In this document: piece after piece, positions 26,332-41,600 of the stretch
Layout of the letters: the number at the start of each line of letters is the position of its first letter
Numbering within the stretch: the first letter of the stretch is position 1
Assembly: GCA_964057225.1 (NCBI GenBank)
Contig: OZ059898.1
Coordinates: 17,298,001-17,362,000, forward strand
Direction: 5' to 3'
Length of the DNA stretch: 64,000 bases
Source: Auanema rhodensis
Lineage: Eukaryota; Animalia; Nematoda
Program-made: the position numbers and the translations under genes
The notes under the pieces: model-generated
What the model was told of the DNA's origin: nothing
Seen by the model: the letters and a program-made list of their open reading frames with translations, nothing else
The model's database searches: none

Positions 26332-29300
26332 TGCACCATTTTTCAAACGATCATAACTAATTTTTGTATTAAGCGTTTCTCAATGTAGTATAGTGCATTC
26401 GATGCGGATTTTTAAGCTGCGTCGATCTGTGTTATCAGATTTGCGCTAGTTTAAAAATGCACCGAGATATCAACTGATATAAGTTCACACTTATATCCTC
26501 GATTTTCACCCTGAAGAATTAATTTTTTCGTTGAATAACATTGTCCATCGTCTTTGCCTTGAAAAACGAAATCTGAAAACATCTACTTTTTGCTAAATTG
26601 TTTTGAAATTTTTCGAAAAAATTTTTGTCAAAATGTTTTTGGAAGCAATGTTGAGTGTACATGGAAACTCAACATACACTAATGCATCATTTTTCAAACG
26701 TTCATAACTAATTTTTGTATTCAGCGTTTTTCAATGTAGTATAGTGCATTCGATGCGGATTTTTAAGCTGCGTCGATCTGTGTTATCAGATTTGCGCTAG
26801 CTTAAAAATGCACCGAGATATCAACTGATATAAGTTCACACTTATATCCTCGATTTTCACCCTGAAGAAATAATTTTTTCGTTGAATAACATTGTCCATC
26901 GTCTTTGCCTTGAAAAAAGGAATCTAAAAACATTTACTTTTTGCTAAATTATTCTGAAATTTTTCGAAAAAATTTTTGTCAAAATGTTTTTGGAAGCAAT
27001 GTTGAGTGAACATGGAAACTCAACATACACTAATGCACCATTTTTCAAACGATCATAACTAATTTTTGTATTAAGCGTTTCTCAATGTAGTATAGTGCAT
27101 TCGATGCGGATTTTTAAGCTGCGTCGATCTGTGTTATCAGATTTGCGCTAGTTTAAAAATGCACCGAGATATCAACTGATATAAGTTCACACTTATATCC
27201 TCGATTTTCACCCTGAAGAATTAATTTTTTCGTTGAATAACATTGTCCATCGTCTTTGCCTTGAAAAACGAAATCTGAAAACATCTACTTTTTGCTAAAT
27301 TATTTTGAAATTTTTCGAAAAAATTTTTGTCAAAATGTTTTTGGAAGCAATGTTGAGTGTACATGGAAACTCAACATACACTAATGCATCATTTTTCAAA
27401 CGTTCATAACTAATTTTTGTATTCAGCGTTTTTCAATGTAGTATAGTGCATTCGATGCGGATTTTTAAGCTGCGTCGATCTGTGTTATCAGATTTGCGCT
27501 AGCTTAAAAATGCACCGAGATATCAACTGATATAAGTTCACACTTATATCCTCGATTTTCACCCTGAAGAAATAATTTTTTCGTTGAATAACATTGTCCA
27601 TCGTCTTTGCCTTGAAAAAAGGAATCTAAAAACATTTACTTTTTGCTAAATTATTCTGAAATTTTTCGAAAAAATTTTTGTCAAAATGTTTTTGGAAGCA
27701 ATGTTGAGTGAACATGGAAACTCAACATACACTAATGCACCATTTTTCAAACGATCATAACTAATTTTTGTATTAAGCGTTTCTCAATGTAGTATAGTGC
27801 ATTCGATGCGGATTTTTAAGCTGCGTCGATCTGTGTTATCAGATTTGCGCTAGTTTAAAAATGCACCGAGATATCAACTGATATAAGTTCACACTTATAT
27901 CCTCGATTTTCACCCTGAAGAATTAATTTTTTCGTTGAATAACATTGTCCATCGTCTTTGCCTTGAAAAACGAAATCTGAAAACATCTACTTTTTGCTAA
28001 ATTATTTTGAAATTTTTCGAAAAAATTTTTGTCAAAATGTTTTTGGAAGCAATGTTGAGTGTACATGGAAACTCAACATACACTAATGCATCATTTTTCA
28101 AACGTTCATAACTAATTTTTGTATTCAGCGTTTTTCAATGTAGTATAGTGCATTCGATGCGGATTTTTAAGCTGCGTCGATCTGTGTTATCAGATTTGCG
28201 CTAGCTTAAAAATGCACCGAGATATCAACTGATATAAGTTCACACTTATATCCTCGATTTTCACCCTGAAGAATTAATTTTTTCGTTGAATAACATTGTC
28301 CATCGTCTTTGCCTTGAAAAAAGGAATCTAAAAACATTTACTATTTGCTAAATTATTCTGAAATTTTTCGAAAAAATTTTTGTCAAAATGTTTTTGGAAG
28401 CAATGTTGAGTGTACATGGAAACTCAACATACACTAATGCACCATTTTTCAAACGATCATAACTAATTTTTGTATTAAGCGTTTCTCAATGTAGTATAGT
28501 GCATTCGATGCGGATTTTTAAGCTGCGTCGATCTGTGTTATCAGTTTTGCGCTAGCTTAAAAATGCACCGAGATATCAACTGATATAAGTTCACACTTAT
28601 ATCCTCGATTTTCACCCTGAAGAATTAATTTTTTCGTTGAATAACATTGTCCATCGTCTTTGCCTTGAAAAAAGGAATCTAAAAACATCTACTTTTTGCT
28701 AAATTATTTTGAAATTTTTCGAAAAAATTTTTGTCAAAATGTTTTTGGAAGCAATGTTGAGTGAACATGGAAACTCGACATACACTAATGCATCATTTTT
28801 CAAACAATCATAACTAATTTTTGTATTAAGCGTTTCTCAATGTAGTATAGTGCATTTGATGCGGATTTTTAAGCTGCTTCGATCTGTGTTATCAGATTTG
28901 CGCTAGTTTAAAAATGCACCGAGATATCAACTGATATAAGTTCACACTTATATCCTCGATTTTCACCCTGAAGAATTAATTTTTTCGTTGAATAACATTG
29001 TCCATCGTCTTTGCCTTGAAAAACGAAATCTGAAAACATCTACTTTTTGCTAAATTATTTTGAAATTTTTCGAAAAAATTTTTGTCAAAATGTTTTTGGA
29101 AGCAATGTTGAGTGTACATGGAAACTCAACATACACTAATGCATCATTTTTCAAACGTTCATAACTAATTTTTGTATTCAGCGTTTTTCAATGTAGTATA
29201 GTGCATTCGATGCGGATTTTTAAGCTGCGTCGATCTGTGTTATCAGATTTGCGCTAGCTTAAAAATGCACCGAGATATCAACTGATATAAGTTCACACTT

Positions 29301-32300
29301 ATATCCTCGATTTTCACCCTGAAGAAATAATTTTTTCGTTGAATAACATTGTCCATCGTCTTTGCCTTGAAAAAAGGAATCTAAAAACATTTACTTTTTG
29401 CTAAATTATTCTGAAATTTTTCGAAAAAATTTTTGTCAAAATGTTTTTGGAAGCAATGTTGAGTGTACATGGAAACTCAACATACACTAATGCACCATTT
29501 TTCAAACGATCATAACTAATTTTTGTATTAAGCGTTTCTCAATGTAGTATAGTGCATTCGATGCGGATTTTTAAGCTGCGTCGATCTGTGTTATCAGATT
29601 TGCGCTAGTTTAAAAATGCACCGAGATATCAACTGATATAAGTTCACACTTATATCCTCGATTTTCACCCTGAAGAATTAATTTTTTCGTTGAATAACAT
29701 TGTCCATCGTCTTTGCCTTGAAAAACGAAATCTGAAAACATCTACTTTTTGCTAAATTATTTTGAAATTTTTCGAAAAAATTTTTGTCAAAATGTTTTTG
29801 GAAGCAATGTTGAGTGTACATGGAAACTCAACATACACTAATGCATCATTTTTCAAACGTTCATAACTAATTTTTGTATTCAGCGTTTTTCAATGTAGTA
29901 TAGTGCATTCGATGCGGATTTTTAAGCTGCGTCGATCTGTGTTATCAGATTTGCGCTAGCTTAAAAATGCACCGAGATATCAACTGATATAAGTTCACAC
30001 TTATATCCTCGATTTTCACCCTGAAGAAATAATTTTTTCGTTGAATAACATTGTCCATCGTCTTTGCCTTGAAAAAAGGAATCTAAAAACATTTACTTTT
30101 TGCTAAATTATTCTGAAATTTTTCGAAAAAATTTTTGTCAAAATGTTTTTGGAAGCAATGTTGAGTGTACATGGAAACTCAACATACACTAATGCACCAT
30201 TTTTCAAACGATCATAACTAATTTTTGTATTAAGCGTTTCTCAATGTAGTATAGTGCATTCGATGCGGATTTTTAAGCTGCGTCGATCTGTGTTATCAGA
30301 TTTGCGCTAGTTTAAAAATGCACCGAGATATCAACTGATATAAGTTCACACTTATATCCTCGATTTTCACCCTGAAGAATTAATTTTTTCGTTGAATAAC
30401 ATTGTCCATCGTCTTTGCCTTGAAAAACGAAATCTGAAAACATCTACTTTTTGCTAAATTATTTTGAAATTTTTCGAAAAAATTTTTGTCAAAATGTTTT
30501 TGGAAGCAATGTTGAGTGTACATGGAAACTCAACATACACTAATGCATCATTTTTCAAACGTTCATAACTAATTTTTGTATTCAGCGTTTTTCAATGTAG
30601 TATAGTGCATTCGATGCGGATTTTTAAGCTGCGTCGATCTGTGTTATCAGATTTGCGCTAGCTTAAAAATGCACCGAGATATCAACTGATATAAGTTCAC
30701 ACTTATATCCTCGATTTTCACCCTGAAGAAATAATTTTTTCGTTGAATAACATTGTCCATCGTCTTTGCCTTGAAAAAAGGAATCTAAAAACATTTACTT
30801 TTTGCTAAATTATTCTGAAATTTTTCGAAAAAATTTTTGTCAAAATGTTTTTGGAAGCAATGTTGAGTGAACATGGAAACTCAACATACACTAATGCACC
30901 ATTTTTCAAACGATCATAACTAATTTTTGTATTAAGCGTTTCTCAATGTAGTATAGTGCATTCGATGCGGATTTTTAAGCTGCGTCGATCTGTGTTATCA
31001 GATTTGCGCTAGTTTAAAAATGCACCGAGATATCAACTGATATAAGTTCACACTTATATCCTCGATTTTCACCCTGAAGAATTAATTTTTTCGTTGAATA
31101 ACATTGTCCATCGTCTTTGCCTTGAAAAACGAAATCTGAAAACATCTACTTTTTGCTAAATTATTTTGAAATTTTTCGAAAAAATTTTTGTCAAAATGTT
31201 TTTGGAAGCAATGTTGAGTGTACATGGAAACTCAACATACACTAATGCATCATTTTTCAAACGTTCATAACTAATTTTTGTATTAAGCGTTTCTCAATGT
31301 AGTATAGTGCATTCGATGCGGATTTTTAAGCTGCGTCGATCTGTGTTATCAGATTTGCGCTAGTTTAAAAATGCACCGAGATATCAACTGATATAAGTTC
31401 ACACTTATATCCTCGATTTTCACCCTGAAGAATTAATTTTTTCGTTGAATAACATTGTCCATCGTCTTTGCCTTGAAAAACGAAATCTGAAAACATCTAC
31501 TTTTTGCTAAATTATTTTGAAATTTTTCGAAAAAATTTTTGTCAAAATGTTTTTGGAAGCAATGTTGAGTGTACATGGAAACTCAACATACACTAATGCA
31601 TCATTTTTCAAACGTTCATAACTAATTTTTGTATTCAGCGTTTTTCAATGTAGTATAGTGCATTCGATGCGGATTTTTAAGCTGCGTCGATCTGTGTTAT
31701 CAGATTTGCGCTAGCTTAAAAATGCACCGAGATATCAACTGATATAAGTTCACACTTATATCCTCGATTTTCACCCTGAAGAAATAATTTTTTCGTTGAA
31801 TAACATTGTCCATCGTCTTTGCCTTGAAAAAAGGAATCTAAAAACATTTACTTTTTGCTAAATTATTCTGAAATTTTTCGAAAAAATTTTTGTCAAAATG
31901 TTTTTGGAAGCAATGTTGAGTGTACATGGAAACTCAACATACACTAATGCACCATTTTTCAAACGATCATAACTAATTTTTGTATTAAGCGTTTCTCAAT
32001 GTAGTATAGTGCATTCGATGCGGATTTTTAAGCTGCGTCGATCTGTGTTATCAGATTTGCGCTAGTTTAAAAATGCACCGAGATATCAACTGATATAAGT
32101 TCACACTTATATCCTCGATTTTCACCCTGAAGAATTAATTTTTTCGTTGAATAACATTGTCCATCGTCTTTGCCTTGAAAAACGAAATCTGAAAACATCT
32201 ACTTTTTGCTAAATTATTTTGAAATTTTTCGAAAAAATTTTTGTCAAAATGTTTTTGGAAGCAATGTTGAGTGTACATGGAAACTCAACATACACTAATG

Positions 32301-35106
32301 CATCATTTTTCAAACGTTCATAACTAATTTTTGTATTCAGCGTTTTTCAATGTAGTATAGTGCATTCGATGCGGATTTTTAAGCTGCGTCGATCTGTGTT
32401 ATCAGATTTGCGCTAGCTTAAAAATGCACCGAGATATCAACTGATATAAGTTCACACTTATATCCTCGATTTTCACCCTGAAGAAATAATTTTTTCGTTG
32501 AATAACATTGTCCATCGTCTTTGCCTTGAAAAAAGGAATCTAAAAACATTTACTTTTTGCTAAATTATTCTGAAATTTTTCGAAAAAATTTTTGTCAAAA
32601 TGTTTTTGGAAGCAATGTTGAGTGAACATGGAAACTCAACATACACTAATGCACCATTTTTCAAACGATCATAACTAATTTTTGTATTAAGCGTTTCTCA
32701 ATGTAGTATAGTGCATTCGATGCGGATTTTTAAGCTGCGTCGATCTGTGTTATCAGATTTGCGCTAGTTTAAAAATGCACCGAGATATCAACTGATATAA
32801 GTTCACACTTATATCCTCGATTTTCACCCTGAAGAATTAATTTTTTCGTTGAATAACATTGTCCATCGTCTTTGCCTTGAAAAACGAAATCTGAAAACAT
32901 CTACTTTTTGCTAAATTATTTTGAAATTTTTCGAAAAAATTTTTGTCAAAATGTTTTTGGAAGCAATGTTGAGTGTACATGGAAACTCAACATACACTAA
33001 TGCATCATTTTTCAAACGTTCATAACTAATTTTTGTATTCAGCGTTTTTCAATGTAGTATAGTGCATTCGATGCGGATTTTTAAGCTGCGTCGATCTGTG
33101 TTATCAGATTTGCGCTAGCTTAAAAATGCACCGAGATATCAACTGATATAAGTTCACACTTATATCCTCGATTTTCACCCTGAAGAAATAATTTTTTCGT
33201 TGAATAACATTGTCCATCGTCTTTGCCTTGAAAAAAGGAATCTAAAAACATTTACTTTTTGCTAAATTATTCTGAAATTTTTCGAAAAAATTTTTGTCAT
33301 AATGTTTTTGGAAGCAATGTTGAGTGTACATGGAAACTCAACATACACTAATGCATCATTTTTCAAACGTTCATAACTAATTTTTGTATTCAGCGTTTTT
33401 CAATGTAGTATAGTGCATTCGATGCGGATTTTTAAGCTGCGTCGATCTGTGTTATCAGATTTGCGCTAGCTTAAAAATGCACCGAGATATCAACTGATAT
33501 AAGTTCACACTTATATCCTCGATTTTCACCCTGAAGAAATAATTTTTTCGTTGAATAACATTGTCCATCGTCTTTGCCTTGAAAAAAGGAATCTAAAAAC
33601 ATTTACTTTTTGCTAAATTATTCTGAAATTTTTCGAAAAAATTTTTGTCAAAATGTTTTTGGAAGCAATGTTGAGTGTACATGGAAACTCAACATACACT
33701 AATGCACCATTTTTCAAACGATCATAACTAATTTTTGTATTAAGCGTTTCTCAATGTAGTATAGTGCATTCGATGCGGATTTTTAAGCTGCGTCGATCTG
33801 TGTTATCAGATTTGCGCTAGTTTAAAAATGCACCGAGATATCAACTGATATAAGTTCACACTTATATCCTCGATTTTCACCCTGAAGAATTAATTTTTTC
33901 GTTGAATAACATTGTCCATCGTCTTTGCCTTGAAAAACGAAATCTGAAAACATCTACTTTTTGCTAAATTATTTTGAAATTTTTCGAAAAAATTTTTGTC
34001 AAAATGTTTTTGGAAGCAATGTTGAGTGTACATGGAAACTCAACATACACTAATGCATCATTTTTCAAACGTTCATAACTAATTTTTGTATTCAGCGTTT
34101 TTCAATGTAGTATAGTGCATTCGATGCGGATTTTTAAGCTGCGTCGATCTGTGTTATCAGATTTGCGCTAGCTTAAAAATGCACCGAGATATCAACTGAT
34201 ATAAGTTCACACTTATATCCTCGATTTTCACCCTGAAGAAATAATTTTTTCGTTGAATAACATTGTCCATCGTCTTTGCCTTGAAAAAAGGAATCTAAAA
34301 ACATTTACTTTTTGCTAAATTATTCTGAAATTTTTCGAAAAAATTTTTGTCAAAATGTTTTTGGAAGCAATGTTGAGTGAACATGGAAACTCAACATACA
34401 CTAATGCACCATTTTTCAAACGATCATAACTAATTTTTGTATTAAGCGTTTCTCAATGTAGTATAGTGCATTCGATGCGGATTTTTAAGCTGCGTCGATC
34501 TGTGTTATCAGATTTGCGCTAGTTTAAAAATGCACCGAGATATCAACTGATATAAGTTCACACTTATATCCTCGATTTTCACCCTGAAGAATTAATTTTT
34601 TCGTTGAATAACATTGTCCATCGTCTTTGCCTTGAAAAACGAAATCTGAAAACATCTACTTTTTGCTAAATTATTTTGAAATTTTTCGAAAAAATTTTTG
34701 TCAAAATGTTTTTGGAAGCAATGTTGAGTGTACATGGAAACTCAACATACACTAATGCATCATTTTTCAAACGTTCATAACTAATTTTTGTATTCAGCGT
34801 TTTTCAATGTAGTATAGTGCATTCGATGCGGATTTTTAAGCTGCGTCGATCTGTGTTATCAGATTTGCGCTAGCTTAAAAATGCACCGAGATATCAACTG
34901 ATATAAGTTCACACTTATATCCTCGATTTTCACCCTGAAGAAATAATTTTTTCGTTGAATAACATTGTCCATCGTCTTTGCCTTGAAAAAAGGAATCTAA
35001 AAACATTTACTTTTTGCTAAATTATTCTGAAATTTTTCGAAAAAATTTTTGTCATAATGTTTTTGGAAGCAATGTTGAGTGTACATGGAAACTCAACATA
35101 CACTAA
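26332..35106. repeat. Alternating A/B dimer higher-order repeat (702 bp) with interruptions
   Basis: Monomer types differing at about 12 linked sites alternate. A carries TGCACC, AACGAT, TTAAG, CTAGTT, GAATTA and ACGAAATCTG. B carries TGCATC, AACGTT, TTCAG, CTAGCT, GAAATA, AGGAATCTA, ATTTAC and TTCTGA. Confidence 0.85.
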
Positions 35107-36409
35107 TGCACCATTTTTCAAACGATCATAACTAATTTTTGTATTAAGCGTTTCTCAATGTAGTATAGTGCATTCGATGCGGATTTTTAAGCTGCGTCGA
35201 TCTGTGTTATCAGATTTGCGCTAGCTTAAAAATGCACCGAGATATCAACTGATATAAGTTCACACTTATATCCTCGATTTTCACCCTGAAGAAATAATTT
35301 TTTCGTTGAATAACATTGTCCATCGTCTTTGCCTTGAAAAAAGGAATCTAAAAACATTTACTTTTTGCTAAATTATTCTGAAATTTTTCGAAAAAATTTT
35401 TGTCAAAATGTTTTTGGAAGCAATGTTGAGTGTACATGGAAACTCAACATACACTAATGCACCATTTTTCAAACGATCATAACTAATTTTTGTATTAAGC
35501 GTTTCTCAATGTAGTATAGTGCATTCGATGCGGATTTTTAAGCTGCGTCGATCTGTGTTATCAGATTTGCGCTAGCTTAAAAATGCACCGAGATATCAAC
35601 TGATATAAGTTCACACTTATATCCTCGATTTTCACCCTGAAGAAATAATTTTTTCGTTGAATAACATTGTCCATCGTCTTTGCCTTGAAAAAAGGAATCT
35701 AAAAACATTTACTTTTTGCTAAATTATTCTGAAATTTTTCGAAAAAATTTTTGTCAAAATGTTTTTGGAAGCAATGTTGAGTGTACATGGAAACTCAACA
35801 TACACTAATGCACCATTTTTCAAACGATCATAACTAATTTTTGTATTAAGCGTTTCTCAATGTAGTATAGTGCATTCGATGCGGATTTTTAAGCTGCGTC
35901 GATCTGTGTTATCAGATTTGCGCTAGCTTAAAAATGCACCGAGATATCAACTGATATAAGTTCACACTTATATCCTCGATTTTCACCCTGAAGAAATAAT
36001 TTTTTCGTTGAATAACATTGTCCATCGTCTTTGCCTTGAAAAAAGGAATCTAAAAACATTTACTTTTTGCTAAATTATTCTGAAATTTTTCGAAAAAATT
36101 TTTGTCAAAATGTTTTTGGAATCAATGTTGAGTGTACATGGAAACTCAACATACACTAATGCACCATTTTTCAAACGATCATAACTAATTTTTGTATTAA
36201 GCGTTTCTCAATGTAGTATAGTGCATTCGATGCGGATTTTTAAGCTGCGTCGATCTGTGTTATCAGATTTGCGCTAGCTTAAAAATGCACCGAGATATCA
36301 ACTGATATAAGTTCACACTTATATCCTCGATTTTCACCCTGAAGAAATAATTTTTTCGTTGAATAACATTGTCCATCGTCTTTGCCTTGAAAAAAGGAAT
36401 CTAAAAACT

Positions 36410-38669
36410 TTTACTTTTTGCTAAATTATTCTGAAATTTTTCGAAAAAATTTTTGTCAAAATGTTTTTGGAAGCAATGTTGAGTGTACATGGAAACTCAA
36501 CATACACTAATGCACCATTTTTCAAACGATCATAACTAATTTTTGTATTAAGCGTTTCTCAATATAGTATAGTGCATTCGATGCGGATTTTTAAGCTGCG
36601 TCGATCTGTGTTATCAGATTTGCGCTAGCTTAAAAATGCACCGAGATATCAACTGATATAAGTTCACACTTATATCCTCGATTTTCACCCTGAAGAAATA
36701 ATTTTTTCGTTGAATAACATTGTCCATCGTCTTTGCCTTGAAAAAAGGAATCTAAAAACATTTACTATTTGCTAAATTATTCTGAAATTTTTCGAAAAAA
36801 TTTTTGTCAAAATGTTTTTGGAAGCAATGTTGAGTGTACATGGAAACTCAACATACACTAATGCATCATTTTTCAAACGTTCATAACTAATTTTTGTATT
36901 CAGCGTTTTTCAATGTAGTATAGTGCATTCGATGCGGATTTTTAAGCTGCGTCGATCTGTGTTATCAGATTTGCGCTAGCTTAAAAATGCACCGAGATAT
37001 CAACTGATATAAGTTCACACTTATATCCTCGATTTTCACCCTGAAGAAATAATTTTTTCGTTGAATAACATTGTCCATCGTCTTTGCCTTGAAAAAAGGA
37101 ATCTAAAAACATTTACTTTTTGCTAAATTATTCTGAAATTTTTCGAAAAAATTTTTGTCAAAATGTTTTTGGAAGCAATGTTGAGTGTACATGGAAACTC
37201 AACATACACTAATGCACCATTTTTCAAACGATCATAACTAATTTTTGTATTAAGCGTTTCTCAATGTAGTATAGTGCATCCGATGCGGATTTTTAAGCTG
37301 CGTCGATCTGTGTTATCAGATTTGCGCTAGCTTAAAAATGCACCGAGATATCAACTGATATAAGTTCACACTTATATCCTCGATTTTCACCCTGAAGAAA
37401 TAATTTTTTCGTTGAATAACATTGTCCATCGTCATTGCCTTGAAAAAAGGAATCTAAAAACATTTACTTTTTGCTAAATTATTCTGAAATTTTTCGAAAA
37501 AATTTTTGTCAAAATGTTTTTGGAAGCAATGTTGAGTGTACATGGAAACTCAACATACACTAATGCACCATTTTTCAAACGATCATAACTAATTTTTGTA
37601 TTAAGCGTTTCTCAATATAGTATAGTGCATTCGATGCGGATTTTGAAGCTGCGTCGATCTGTGTTATCAGATTTGCGCTAGCTTAAAAATGCACCGAGAT
37701 ATCAACTGATATAAGTTCACACTTATATCCTCGATTTTCACCCTGAAGAAATAATTTTTTCGTTGAATAACATTGTCCATCGTCTTTGCCTTGAAAAAAG
37801 GAATCTAAAAACATTTACTATTTGCTAAATTATTCTGAAATTTTTCGAAAAAATTTTTGTCAAAATGTTTTTGGAAGCAATGTTGAGTGTACATGGAAAC
37901 TCAACATACACTAATGCATCATTTTTCAAACGTTCATAACTAATTTTTGTATTCAGCGTTTTTCAATGTAGTATAGTGCATTCGATGCGGATTTTTAAGC
38001 TGCGTCGATCTGTGTTATCAGATTTGCGCTAGCTTAAAAATGCACCGAGATATCAACTGATATAAGTTCACACTTATATCCTCGATTTTCACCCTGAAGA
38101 AATAATTTTTTCGTTGAATAACATTGTCCATCGTCTTTGCCTTGAAAAAAGGAATCTAAAAACATTTACTTTTTGCTAAATTATTCTGAAATTTTTCGAA
38201 AAAATTTTTGTCAAAATGTTTTTGGAAGCAATGTTGAGTGTACATGGAAACTCAACATACACTAATGCACCATTTTTCAAACGATCATAACTAATTTTTG
38301 TATTAAGCGTTTCTCAATGTAGTATAGTGCATCCGATGCGGATTTTTAAGCTGCGTCGATCTGTGTTATCAGATTTGCGCTAGCTTAAAAATGCACCGAG
38401 ATATCAACTGATATAAGTTCACACTTATATCCTCGATTTTCACCCTGAAGAAATAATTTTTTCGTTGAATAACATTGTCCATCGTCATTGCCTTGAAAAA
38501 AGGAATCTAAAAACATTTACTTTTTGCTAAATTATTCTGAAATTTTTCGAAAAAATTTTTGTCAAAATGTTTTTGGAAGCAATGTTGAGTGTACATGGAA
38601 ACTCAACATACACTAATGCACCATTTTTCAAACGATCATAACTAATTTTTGTATTAAGCGTTTCTCAAT
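36410..38669. repeat. 3-monomer tandem duplication (1053 bp unit)
   Basis: AATATAG 36564/37617, ACTATTT 36767/37820, GCATCCG 37280/38333, GTCATTG 37434/38487. Confidence 0.9.
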
Positions 38670-41600
38670 GTAGTATAGTGCATTCGATGCGGATTTTTAA
38701 GCTGCGTCGATCTGTGTTATCAGATTTGCGCTAGCTTAAAAATGCACCGAGATATCAACTGATATAAGTTCACACTTATATCCTCGATTTTCACCCTGAA
38801 GAATTAATTTTTTCGTTGAATAACATTGTCCATCGTCTTTGCCTTGAAAAAAGGAATCTAAAAACATCTACTTTTTGCTAAATTATTTTGAAATTTTTCG
38901 AAAAAATTTTTGTCAAAATGTTTTTGGAAGCAATGTTGAGTGAACATGGAAACTCGACATACACTAATGCATCATTTTTCAAACAATCATAACTAATTTT
39001 TGTATTAAGCGTTTCTCAATGTAGTATAGTGCATTTGATGCGGATTTTTAAGCTGCGTCGATCTGTGTTATCAGATTTGCGCTAGTTTAAAAATGCACCG
39101 AGATATCAACTGATATAAGTTCACACTTATATCCTCGATTTTCACCCTGAAGATTTAATTTTTTCGTTGAATAACATTATCCATCGTCTTTGCCTTGAAA
39201 AACGAAATCTGAAAACATCTACTTTTTGCTAAATTATTTTGAAATTTTTCGAAAAAATTTTTGTCAAAATGTTTTTGGAAGCAATGTTGAGTGTACATGG
39301 AAACTCAACATACACTAATGCATCATTTTTCAAACAATCATAACTAATTTTTGTATTAAGCGTTTCTCAATGTAGTATAGTGCATTTGATGCGGATTTTT
39401 AAGCTGCGTCGATCTGTGTTATCAGATTTGCGCTAGCTTAAAAATGCACCGAGATATCAACTGATATAAGTTCACACTTATATCCTCGATTTTCACCCTG
39501 AAGATTTAATTTTTTCGTTGAATAACATTGTCCATCGTCTTTGCCTTGAAAAAAGGAATCTAAAAACATCTACTTTTTGCTAAATTATTCTGAAATTTTT
39601 CGAAAACATTTTTGTCAAAATGTTTTTGGAAGCAATGTTGAGTGTACATGGAAACTCAACATACACTAATGCATCATTTTTCAAACGATCATAACTAATT
39701 TTTGTATTAAGCGTTTCTCAATGTAGTATAGTGCATTCGATGCGGATTTTTAAGCTGCGTCGATCTGTGTTATCAGATTTGCGCTAGCTTAAAAATGCAC
39801 CGAGATATCAACTGATATAAGTTCACACTTATATCCTCGATTTTCACCCTGAAGAATTAATTTTTTCGTTGAATAACATTGTCCATCGTCTTTGCCTTGA
39901 AAAAAAAAATCTAAAAACATCTACTTTTTGCTAAATTATTCTGAAATTTTTCGAAAAAATTTTTGTCAAAATGTTTTTGGAAGCAATGTTGAGTGTACAT
40001 GGAATATCAACATACACTAATGCATCATTTTTCAAACGATCATAACTAATTTTTGTATTAAGCGTTTCTCAATGTAGTATAGTGCATTCGATGCGGATTT
40101 TTAAGCTGCGTCGATCTGTGTTATCAGATTTGCGCTAGCTTAAAAATGCACCGAGATATCAACTGATATAAGTTCACACTTATATCCTCGATTTTCACCC
40201 TGAAGAATTAATTTTTTCGTTGAATAACATTGTCCATCGTCTTTGCCTTGAAAAACGAAATCTGAAAACATCTACTTTTTGCTAAATTATTTTGAAATTT
40301 TTCGAAAAAATTTTTGTCAAAATGTTTTTGGAAGCAATGTTGAGTGTACATGGAAACTCAACATACACTAATGCATCATTTTTCAAACGTTCATAACTAA
40401 TTTTTGTATTCAGCGTTTCTCAATGTAGTATAGTGCATTCGATGCGGATTTTTAAGCTGCGTCGATCTGTGTTATCAGATTTGCGCTAGCTTAAAAATGC
40501 ACCGAGATATCAACTGATATAAGTTCACACTTATATCCTCGATTTTCACCCTGAAGAAATAATTTTTTCGTTGAATAACATTGTCCATCGTCTTTGCCTT
40601 GAAAAAAGGAATCTAAAAACATTTACTTTTTGCTAAATTATTCTGAAATTTTTCGAAAAAATTTTTGTCAAAATGTTTTTGGAAGCAATGTTGAGTGTAC
40701 ATGGAAACTCAACATACACTAATGCACCATTTTTCAAACGATCATAACTAATTTTTGTATTAAGCGTTTCTCAATGTAGTATAGTGCATTCGATGCGGAT
40801 TTTTAAGCTGCGTCGATCTGTGTTATCAGATTTGCGCTAGCTTAAAAATGCACCGAGATATCAACTGATATAAGTTCACACTTATATCCTCGATTTTCAC
40901 CCTGAAGAATTAATTTTTTCGTTGAATAACATTGTCCATCGTCTTTGCCTTGAAAAAAGGAATCTAAAAACATCTACTTTTTGCTAAATTATTTTGAAAT
41001 TTTTCGAAAAAATTTTTGTCAAAATGTTTTTGGAAGCAATGTTGAGTGAACATGGAAACTCGACATACACTAATGCATCATTTTTCAAACAATCATAACT
41101 AATTTTTGTATTAAGCGTTTCTCAATGTAGTATAGTGCATTTGATGCGGATTTTTAAGCTGCGTCGATCTGTGTTATCAGATTTGCGCTAGTTTAAAAAT
41201 GCACCGAGATATCAACTGATATAAGTTCACACTTATATCCTCGATTTTCACCCTGAAGAATTAATTTTTTCGTTGAATAACATTGTCCATCGTCTTTGCC
41301 TTGAAAAACGAAATCTGAAAACATCTACTTTTTGCTAAATTATTTTGAAATTTTTCGAAAAAATTTTTGTCAAAATGTTTTTGGAAGCAATGTTGAGTGT
41401 ACATGGAAACTCAACATACACTAATGCATCATTTTTCAAACAATCATAACTAATTTTTGTATTAAGCGTTTCTCAATGTAGTATAGTGCATTTGATGCGG
41501 ATTTTTAAGCTGCGTCGATCTGTGTTATCAGATTTGCGCTAGCTTAAAAATGCACCGAGATATCAACTGATATAAGTTCACACTTATATCCTCGATTTTC

